A stretch of DNA of 64,000 bases. Origin: an uncultured Planctomycetales bacterium (GTDB lineage Bacteria > Omnitrophota > Gorgyraeia > Gygaellales > Profunditerraquicolaceae). The notes beneath the pieces were generated by a model. It saw only the letters and a list, made by a program, of their open reading frames with translations. It was not told the DNA's origin and made no database searches. Made by a program: the position numbers and the translations under genes. Numbering within the stretch: the stretch's first letter is position 1; the number at the start of each line of letters is the position of its first letter. Shown here piece after piece: positions 30,481-37,413 of this stretch. The stretch lies in assembly GCA_964427405.1 (NCBI GenBank), contig CAYRUB010000002.1:68741-132740 (forward strand), in the 5' to 3' direction.

Positions 30481-30593
30481 GAGCACCCAAAGTTTTGGTT
30501 TAGCGAAATCCTTGATCGAACGTTAGTGAGATCAAGGATCTAGAGCACCTTAAATCTTTTATTTAGTGAAACACTTGTGCCAAGCGCAAGTGC
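30481..30593 (+). repeat. Intergenic hairpin element (dispersed family), + orientation
   Basis: GAGCACC at 30481. Perfect 10-bp stem ATCCTTGATC (30508-17) / GATCAAGGAT (30530-39) with loop gaacgttagtga. GAGCACCTTAA at 30543-53. Second hairpin CACTTG-tgccaagcg-CAAGTG (30572-92). Confidence 0.65.
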
Positions 30594-30628
30594 CTACCGG
30601 CTTGGAGAGGTAGGGAAGATGTAATTTC

Positions 30629-30699
30629 TGCCCGGTAGTGTAATGGTAGCACATCAGAATTTGGGTCTGACTGTCAAGGTTCGAATCCTTGCCGGGCAA
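30629..30699 (+). tRNA. tRNA-Gln (TTG)
   Basis: Hand fold: TGCCCGG/CCGGGCA acceptor (U1-A72), anticodon stem TCAGA/TCTGA with loop ATTTGGG, T-arm CAAGG-TTCGAAT-CCTTG. No encoded CCA. Confidence 0.85.
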
Positions 30700-30718
30700 C
30701 TATGAATAAAAACAAAAT

Positions 30719-31993
30719 ATGAAAAATAATATCGCAGTAATAATCCTGGCAGCGGGTAAAAGTACACGCATGAGATCTGAAACGCCCAAAGTGCTGCATA
30801 ATCTTTGCGGCAGGCCTATGCTGGGTTATGTTTTGGATTTGGTAGCTTCCTTGAAACCTAAACAGGTGGTCGCGGTTTTAGGGTTTAAACAAGAGTTGGT
30901 GCGTAAGATTATTCCTAAAGGGGTTGGGATATCCGTACAGAAGAAATTGATTGGTACCGCAGATGCGGTTAAAACTGGCCTTACGGCCTTGAAAGGATTT
31001 AAAGGTACTGTGCTTGTTCTCTATGGAGATAATCCTTTATTAAAGAAAGAAACACTTAAGAAGATTTTAGATTACCATATAGAAAATAATGTTGACGCAA
31101 CACTATTAACGGCGCAGTTAAAAAAGCCTTCCGGATACGGCAGGATTATGCGCGATAAATACTTTAGTATATGCGGCATAGTTGAAGAAAAGGACGCCGA
31201 TGAGGTGCAGAAAGATATCAAAGAGATTAATACCGGAATTATGGTATTTAAAAAAGAAGTCCTGGCCGGAAATTTAAAACACATCCGCGCTAATAACCGC
31301 AAGAAAGAATATTATCTAACCGACTTAATTGGTATTTTAGCCAAAAAGAACTACCTGGTTGATGGGGTAAAGGTTGGAGATACCCGGGAAGCGCTGGGGA
31401 TTAACACCCGGGCCGAATTAGCTAAAGCCAACTCTCTGATGCAGGAAAGGATTAATGAAAAATTAATGCAGGATGGCGTAACTATTGTTGACCCGGCATC
31501 TACCTTTATTAATTTTGGTACCAAGGTTGGCATAGATACGGTGATTTATCCCTTTACAGTAATTGAAAGGGGTGTTAAAATTGGAAAACGTTGTGCAGTG
31601 GGTCCTTTTGCTCACCTGCGTGAAGGTGTCGAACTAAAAGATGATGTGACGGCTGGTAACTTTATTGAAATTGTGCGCGCCAAGATCGGCGCCAAGACAC
31701 TCGTCAAACACTTCTCTTACATCGGAGATAGCTCCGTCGGTTCCTGCGTAAATATTGGAGCAGGTACTGTTACGGCTAACTTTGATGGCCTTAGGAAAAA
31801 TAATACAGTTATTAAGGATAAGGCTAATATCGGTTCTGATACTGTAATTGTTGCTCCGGTTCAAATCGGCAAGTCCGCAGTTACCGGAGCTGGTTCAGTG
31901 ATTACTAAAAATATCCCGGATAATACGGTTGTTGTAGGAATTCCGGCGAGAATTTTAAGGAAGAAGCCTGCCTGCCGGCAGGCAGGGGGATAA
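30719..31993 (+). CDS. glmU: Bifunctional GlcNAc-1-P uridyltransferase / GlcN-1-P acetyltransferase
   Basis: N-terminal LAAGKSTRM nucleotidyltransferase motif and a C-terminal left-handed beta-helix of hexapeptide repeats. The last 9 codons are encoded by a GC-rich palindrome. Confidence 0.85.
   Translation: MKNNIAVIILAAGKSTRMRSETPKVLHNLCGRPMLGYVLDLVASLKPKQVVAVLGFKQELVRKIIPKGVGISVQKKLIGTADAVKTGLTALKGFKGTVLVLYGDNPLLKKETLKKILDYHIENNVDATLLTAQLKKPSGYGRIMRDKYFSICGIVEEKDADEVQKDIKEINTGIMVFKKEVLAGNLKHIRANNRKKEYYLTDLIGILAKKNYLVDGVKVGDTREALGINTRAELAKANSLMQERINEKLMQDGVTIVDPASTFINFGTKVGIDTVIYPFTVIERGVKIGKRCAVGPFAHLREGVELKDDVTAGNFIEIVRAKIGAKTLVKHFSYIGDSSVGSCVNIGAGTVTANFDGLRKNNTVIKDKANIGSDTVIVAPVQIGKSAVTGAGSVITKNIPDNTVVVGIPARILRKKPACRQAGG
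31967..31986. repeat. Perfect 20-bp GC-rich palindrome at the glmU 3' end
   Basis: CCTGCCTGCCGGCAGGCAGG equals its own reverse complement. It encodes the atypical GlmU tail PACRQAGG, 14 nt before the prs ATG. Confidence 0.8.
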
Positions 31994-31999
31994 ATAAAT

Positions 32000-32938
32000 A
32001 TGGATAAGTTAGCTATTTTTAGCGGTAATGCAAACCTTGTGTTAGCCAAAGATATCTGTAAGAATTTAAAAGTTAAATTACAGGATGCCCTGGTAGGCAG
32101 ATTCAGTGAAGGCGAGATCCGGGTAAAAATTAATGAGAATGTGCGCGGCAAGGATGTTTTTGTAGTGCAACCGACCTGCCCTCCGTCGAATGATAACCTT
32201 ATGGAATTATTAATTATGATTGATGCCTTGCGCCGCGCATCCGCCCAAAGGATTACCGCGGTTATCCCGTATTTTGGTTATGCGCGCCAGGACAGGAAGG
32301 ATCAGCCGCGTGTGCCGATTACCGCAAAATTAGTAGCTAACCTTCTGACTACCGCCGGGGCTAACCGGATTTTAACCATGGATTTACACGCCGGACAGAT
32401 TCAGGGGTTCTTTGATATTCCCGTGGATCATCTTTTTTCCGTTGGTGTATTCGTGGATTATTTCTCCAAGATGAATATTAAGGATCTTGTTGTTGTTTCT
32501 CCTGATGTGGGGAGTATCAAGATGGCCAGGGCTTATGCTAAAAGAGTTTCCGCAGGCCTGGCGATAATTGATAAACGCCGGGTTTCCCCTGAGAAAGCCG
32601 AAGCCATGCATATTATGGGCGAGGTAGAAGATAAAAATGTGATTATTATTGATGATATGATTGCTACGGGCAGTTCCCTGATCGAGGCTGTAGAGGCTTT
32701 AAAAAAAGCCAGGGCCAAGACTATTTATGCGGCGATTACCCATGGTATTTTATCGGGGCCGGCAATCGAGCGTATTGATCAATGCAAAGGTTTGGAGAAA
32801 TTGCTTATTTCTGACAGCGTGCCTTTATCCGCGGAAAAGCAGCATGCGAGGATTGAGGTGCTTTCAGTAGCCAACCTTTTGGCCGAAGCAATAAAAAGAA
32901 TCCACAATGAGGAGTCAGTCAGCTGCTTATTTGATTAA
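32000..32938 (+). CDS. prs: Ribose-phosphate pyrophosphokinase
   Basis: YFGYARQDRK and the PRPP-binding loop VIIIDDMIATGSSL. Confidence 0.95.
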   Translation: MDKLAIFSGNANLVLAKDICKNLKVKLQDALVGRFSEGEIRVKINENVRGKDVFVVQPTCPPSNDNLMELLIMIDALRRASAQRITAVIPYFGYARQDRKDQPRVPITAKLVANLLTTAGANRILTMDLHAGQIQGFFDIPVDHLFSVGVFVDYFSKMNIKDLVVVSPDVGSIKMARAYAKRVSAGLAIIDKRRVSPEKAEAMHIMGEVEDKNVIIIDDMIATGSSLIEAVEALKKARAKTIYAAITHGILSGPAIERIDQCKGLEKLLISDSVPLSAEKQHARIEVLSVANLLAEAIKRIHNEESVSCLFD

Positions 32939-32981
32939 GCGGTAGGTGTAATTCTTAATAAAGAAAAGAAAGGTAAAGAAA

Positions 32982-33686
32982 ATGGAAGAGATATTTTTGG
33001 AAGCAGAATTAAGAGAAGAAAAAGGAAGCGCTAAGGCCAGGGAATTAAGAAATAAAGGTTATTTGCCGTCAGTGGTTTATTCTCATGGCAAGGATGCCCT
33101 GTCCATAAAGTTTTCTAAGAGCGCACTTTTAAAGCTGGTACATCAGCATCACTTAGAAAGCGTTATTATTAAGCTTAAGATTAAGGATGACAAGAAGGCC
33201 AAAGAGCGTCCATGCCTGGTTAAGGAAATTCAGTATGACCCGGTGAGCGAGGATATTATGCATTTGGATTTTAATGAGATTTCTCTAACTGAAGCCATCA
33301 AGGTTAATGTCTCTATTGAAGTTAAGGGTGAGTCTATAGGTGTAAAACAGGAGGGTGGATCCTTAGAGCATATACTTTGGGAGGTTGAAGTAGAGTGTTT
33401 ACCTACAAATATCCCTAAGAATATCGAAGTAGATGTTTCCGCGCTTAAAATGGGTGAAGCTATTCATGTCAAGGATATAGTTTTCCCTGCGGGAGTTAAG
33501 CCTTTAAATGATCCTGAGGCGATTGTCTTGCATGTTGCCGCTCCGATGAAGGAAGAGGTGCCGGTGGAAGCAGTTGAAGGGGAAACTAAAGCTGAGCCAG
33601 AAGTAATCAAGGAGAAGAAGGAAGTTCCTGTTGAAGGCGCCGCAGCGGCTGATGAAGCTAAGGGAAAAGAAAAAGAGAAGAAATAA
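32982..33686 (+). CDS. rplY: 50S ribosomal protein L25 (Ctc form)
   Basis: 234 aa. RELRNKGYLPSVVYSHG N-terminal motif, a two-domain Ctc-length body, and an acidic/lysine-rich tail. Sits upstream of pth, as is commonly seen. Confidence 0.85.
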   Translation: MEEIFLEAELREEKGSAKARELRNKGYLPSVVYSHGKDALSIKFSKSALLKLVHQHHLESVIIKLKIKDDKKAKERPCLVKEIQYDPVSEDIMHLDFNEISLTEAIKVNVSIEVKGESIGVKQEGGSLEHILWEVEVECLPTNIPKNIEVDVSALKMGEAIHVKDIVFPAGVKPLNDPEAIVLHVAAPMKEEVPVEAVEGETKAEPEVIKEKKEVPVEGAAAADEAKGKEKEKK

Positions 33687-33730
33687 GGACCTAAAGATTA
33701 AAAGAGGGCGAATAGGATAGAGGGTGTTGG

Positions 33731-34309
33731 GTGAAGCTGATTGTAGGATTAGGTAATCCCGGGTTGATTTATGCGGGCTCTCGGCATAACATTGGTTTTA
33801 CGGTAATTAAATCCTTAGCCCGTTCTTTAAAGGTCGTTCTTAAAAGAGATAGTTCAGTTTCGGCTTTAGTCGGTAAAACCAGTTATGGCCAGCATAATCT
33901 GGTATTAGCTCTGCCGCAGACTTTTATGAATTTAAGCGGCATAGCAGTTAAGGCCCTGCTTAAGAAATTTAAGGTAAGCCCGCAAGAGCTTTTGGTGGTC
34001 TGTGACGATCTGGATTTAGAGCTGGGAAGAGTTAAGATCCGGCCGCTTGGCTCAAGCGGCGGGCAGCGGGGAATGGTTTCTATTATTGAGCATTTAGGAA
34101 CGCAAGAGTTTAGCCGGCTGCGCGTCGGTATTGGCCGGCCGAAGAATCCGGCAGATGCCGCACGGTACGTTTTGTCAGGGTTTTTACGTAAAGAAAAAGT
34201 GATTGTTGAAGAAGCAAGGGAAGATGCCGTCGCTTGCGCTTTGAGTTGGGTAGAAAATGGCATAATTATTACTATGGACACTTTTAACACAAGGAGTAGA
34301 AATGAATAA
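33731..34309 (+). CDS. pth: Peptidyl-tRNA hydrolase
   Basis: KLIVGLGNPG...RHNIGF and the GLGGHNG-equivalent segment GSSGGQRGM. GTG start. Confidence 0.9.
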   Translation: MKLIVGLGNPGLIYAGSRHNIGFTVIKSLARSLKVVLKRDSSVSALVGKTSYGQHNLVLALPQTFMNLSGIAVKALLKKFKVSPQELLVVCDDLDLELGRVKIRPLGSSGGQRGMVSIIEHLGTQEFSRLRVGIGRPKNPADAARYVLSGFLRKEKVIVEEAREDAVACALSWVENGIIITMDTFNTRSRNE

Positions 34310-34592
34310 GTATGAAGCAATGTTGATTGTCAAACCGGACTTATCCGATGAAGATAAGAAAACGTTATTTAAACAGATTGATGATGCGGTAACTAAGAAT
34401 AACGGTCAGATTTCCCAGTCAGCGGTATGGGCAGAAAGGCGCAAATTATATTTTCCTATTAATAAATTCCAGGAAGGTATTTATTATCTGGTAGCTTTTA
34501 CCGCTCCGCCGCAGGCGATCAAGGAGATGCGTAATATTTACAAGCTTAATGAAAATATCCTTAGGGTTTTATTTACCCGTATGGATATTTAA
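34302..34592 (+). CDS. rpsF: 30S ribosomal protein S6
   Basis: MNKYEAMLIVKPDLSDED N-terminus and the rpsF-ssb-rpsR-rplI synteny. Confidence 0.9.
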   Translation: MNKYEAMLIVKPDLSDEDKKTLFKQIDDAVTKNNGQISQSAVWAERRKLYFPINKFQEGIYYLVAFTAPPQAIKEMRNIYKLNENILRVLFTRMDI

Positions 34593-34618
34593 AGCGGCGA
34601 TTCACAAGGAGGACTTAC

Positions 34619-35080
34619 ATGGCCAGTTATAATAAAGTATTATTGATGGGTAATCTTACTAAGGATCCCGAGTTGCGCTATACTCCGCAAGGTACCGCTG
34701 TAGTTAATCTGCGCCTGGCGGTAAATCGTAAATACCGCACTAAAGAACAGGAACTAAAAGAAGAGGTTTGTTTTATAACCGCGGTAGTTTGGAATAAGCA
34801 GGCAGAGACATGCAATCAGTATTTACATAAGGGAAGCAGTGTTTTTGTCGAGGGAAGATTACAGTCGCGCTCCTGGGAGGATAATACCGGGGCAAAGCGA
34901 TCGGTAATTGAGGTCAGGGCGGAACGTGTGCAGTTTATGGGTGCGCCTGGCCAGGGCAAGCCAGCCGGTCAAGCCAGCCAAACACACGCAGAGGTTTTGG
35001 TTGATGAGCCGAGCAGCGAATCAACCTGGTTGTCAGAAGGCGGCGATGATGCCCAGCCTTCTGAAGAGGGGATAAATTAA
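34619..35080 (+). CDS. ssb: Single-stranded DNA-binding protein
   Basis: YNKVLLMGNLTKDPELRYTPQGTAV OB-fold start and an acidic C-terminal tail. Confidence 0.9.
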   Translation: MASYNKVLLMGNLTKDPELRYTPQGTAVVNLRLAVNRKYRTKEQELKEEVCFITAVVWNKQAETCNQYLHKGSSVFVEGRLQSRSWEDNTGAKRSVIEVRAERVQFMGAPGQGKPAGQASQTHAEVLVDEPSSESTWLSEGGDDAQPSEEGIN

Positions 35081-35150
35081 TATCTGTGCTTAGCATGGCG
35101 AGGAAAATTTAAATTAAACAAAATAATGAAAAGAGGATAGGGGGACACAC

Positions 35151-35426
35151 ATGAAAGTTAAGACTAGAGGTTTTGGCAAAGACAAGAAGATTATTAAAAA
35201 GAAAAAGGACCTGCTTGGCCCGGTGAGAAAAAGATTCTGCCGGTTCTGTGCGGACAAATTAGGCAGTATTGATTATAAAGATATTAAAAGGCTTGAGGTT
35301 TTTATTACCGAGAAAGGTAAAATCGTCTCCAGCCGTTTTTCCGGAAATTGCGCCAGACATCAGAGAAGGATCAGGGAATTGATTAATAAAGCCAGGTTTC
35401 TTTCTCTGCTTCCCTATACCCGCTAA
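35151..35426 (+). CDS. rpsR: 30S ribosomal protein S18
   Basis: CRFC...IDYKD...L..FITEKGKI..SR.SG.CARHQR matches the S18 signature. Confidence 0.9.
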   Translation: MKVKTRGFGKDKKIIKKKKDLLGPVRKRFCRFCADKLGSIDYKDIKRLEVFITEKGKIVSSRFSGNCARHQRRIRELINKARFLSLLPYTR

Positions 35427-35431
35427 ATAAT

Positions 35432-35872
35432 ATGGAAGTAATATTAATCAAAGATGTAGAAAAAATCGGTAAAGCAGGCTCGGTGGTTAAAATCAAAGAG
35501 GGGTTTGCCAGGAACTTTCTTTTCCCGCATAACCTCGCCAAGATAGCTACTCCGGGAGGCCTTAAACAATTAGACAAAGAAAAGCAGGCGAGGTTGGCGC
35601 AATATGCCAAGGGTAAAGAAGAATCAGAGGAAATTAAGAAACGCCTCAGCGCGCTTTCTTTAACTATTTCTGCTTTGACTCAAGGTGAGGAGTTATATGG
35701 CAGTATCAGCAGCCATGATATAGCTGTTGTTTTGAAAGAGGAAGGTTTTCTTATAGATAAAAATGTTATTGAATTGGCTGAGCCGATAAAATCTTTAGGG
35801 GTTTATGAATTTTCCGTGAAGTTACATCCGGAAGTAATTGCAACGCTCAAGCTTTGTGTAGCTAAAAAGTAA
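35432..35872 (+). CDS. rplI: 50S ribosomal protein L9
   Basis: MEVILIKDVEKIGKAGSVVKIKEGFARNFLFP is the L9 N-terminal domain signature. Confidence 0.95.
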   Translation: MEVILIKDVEKIGKAGSVVKIKEGFARNFLFPHNLAKIATPGGLKQLDKEKQARLAQYAKGKEESEEIKKRLSALSLTISALTQGEELYGSISSHDIAVVLKEEGFLIDKNVIELAEPIKSLGVYEFSVKLHPEVIATLKLCVAKK

Positions 35873-35880
35873 CTGAGTGC

Positions 35881-35954
35881 ATAACTTACGGAGCGACAGT
35901 GAACGTAAGTTATCTGCGCGAAGTTATACTGCATCCTGAAGGGATGCAGTATAA
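35881..35954 (+). repeat. Intergenic double hairpin (dispersed family), + orientation
   Basis: Perfect 10-bp stem ATAACTTACG (35881-90) / CGTAAGTTAT (35904-13) with loop gagcgacagtgaa. Then a perfect 13-bp stem TTATACTGCATCC (35924-36) / GGATGCAGTATAA (35942-54). Confidence 0.7.
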
Positions 35955-35984
35955 GTGATTCAGGTTTTAGGAGATTTGTTAAAC

Positions 35985-37337
35985 ATGCCGCAAGACTTAA
36001 ATCTAGATAAACTCCCTCCGCAAAATCTTGACGCTGAGATGGCCGTATTAGGATCTATGCTTCTGGATGAAGAAGCAGTTTCGGTTGCCGTTGAGAAATT
36101 GGACGCAGGATGTTTTTATAAGGATACTCACAGGAAGATCTTTCAGACAATAAGTGATCTTTATAATGCTAATAAGGCGGTAGATTTAATCACCCTTGCT
36201 GACGCCTTAAGAAAAGATAACTCTCTTGATGAGATAGGCGGGGCAAGCTATCTTACGTCTTTGGCTAATGCTGTTCCTACCGCCGCCAATATCAACCATT
36301 ACGCCGGCATTGTGCGGGAAAAATATATCTTAAGGACCTTAATTAATAACTCTACCAAGATTATCACTGTTTGCCATGAGAGTGAAGGCAATATCGCTGA
36401 AGTTGTAGATACCGCCGAGAGGCTTATCTTTGAGGTCAGCGACCGCAGAAACCAAGGTTCTTATTTGCACCTCAAGGAGATTGTTAAAGAGAGTATTGAA
36501 ACTATTGATAAACTTTATCAAAATAAAGCGCATGTTACCGGAATTCCTACAGGTTATATAGATTTTGATATTAAGACCGCAGGGCTTCAGCCGTCGGATT
36601 TAATTATTGTCGCGGGCCGGCCTTCAATGGGCAAAAGCGCCTTTGCCTTGGGGATAGCTGAATACGCCGGAGTAATTGAAAAGGTGCCTACTGCGATCTT
36701 TAGCTTAGAGATGTCCAAGGAACAGCTGGTGCAGAGGATGCTTTGTTCGCATGCGCGAGTTGATGCGCATAAAGTAAGGACCGGGTATTTAGCTACCAGC
36801 GATTGGCCGCGCCTGACTGCGGCTGCCGGAAAACTTTCCGAGGCACCCATATATATTGACGATACCCCGGCGATCTCCGTAATGGAGCTGCGTGCCAGGG
36901 CGCGTCGTCTGAAATCGCATCATGGTATAAAATTAATTATCTTAGATTACATGCAGTTAATGCGTGGATCAGCGATGAATATGGAGAGCAGACAGCAGGA
37001 GATCTCTGAGATTTCGCGTTCACTCAAAGCTTTAGCAAGAGAATTAAGCGTTCCGGTTATTGCGATCAGTCAGTTGTCCCGGGCAGTGGAATCGCGTACA
37101 GACCATAGGCCGCAGCTTTCAGATTTAAGGGAATCCGGGGCAATAGAGCAGGATGCCGACGTAGTCGTGTTAATTTTAAGGGAGGAGTATTATACCCCTT
37201 CTCCTGATAATCAGGGCATAGCGGAAGCGATTATCGCCAAGCAGCGTAATGGCCCGGTAGGCTCTTTAAAATTAGCCTTTATTAAAGAATTTACCAGGTT
37301 TGACAACTTATCTAGAGTAGATAGTTCAATAGAATGA
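35985..37337 (+). CDS. dnaB: Replicative DNA helicase
   Basis: Start probably ATG 35985 (MPQDLNLDKLPPQNLDAEMAVLGSML); the tracked GTG at 35955 abuts the hairpin. Walker A GRPSMGKSAF, ILDYMQLM, RNGPVG. No intein. Confidence 0.92.
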   Translation: MPQDLNLDKLPPQNLDAEMAVLGSMLLDEEAVSVAVEKLDAGCFYKDTHRKIFQTISDLYNANKAVDLITLADALRKDNSLDEIGGASYLTSLANAVPTAANINHYAGIVREKYILRTLINNSTKIITVCHESEGNIAEVVDTAERLIFEVSDRRNQGSYLHLKEIVKESIETIDKLYQNKAHVTGIPTGYIDFDIKTAGLQPSDLIIVAGRPSMGKSAFALGIAEYAGVIEKVPTAIFSLEMSKEQLVQRMLCSHARVDAHKVRTGYLATSDWPRLTAAAGKLSEAPIYIDDTPAISVMELRARARRLKSHHGIKLIILDYMQLMRGSAMNMESRQQEISEISRSLKALARELSVPVIAISQLSRAVESRTDHRPQLSDLRESGAIEQDADVVVLILREEYYTPSPDNQGIAEAIIAKQRNGPVGSLKLAFIKEFTRFDNLSRVDSSIE

Positions 37338-37376
37338 GTTATATGGCATCCACCTGCGGTAAACTGGATAAAATAT

Positions 37377-37405
37377 TTGATTTTAAAAGCCTATTCCTAT
37401 ATAAT
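37377..37405 (+). promoter_or_regulatory. Consensus-like sigma70 promoter immediately upstream of bamA
   Basis: TTGATT (37377-82), 17-nt spacer, TATAAT (37400-05). The -10 element ends 8 nt before the bamA ATG, and no SD is visible. Confidence 0.4.
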
Positions 37406-37413
37406 AACCTCAA

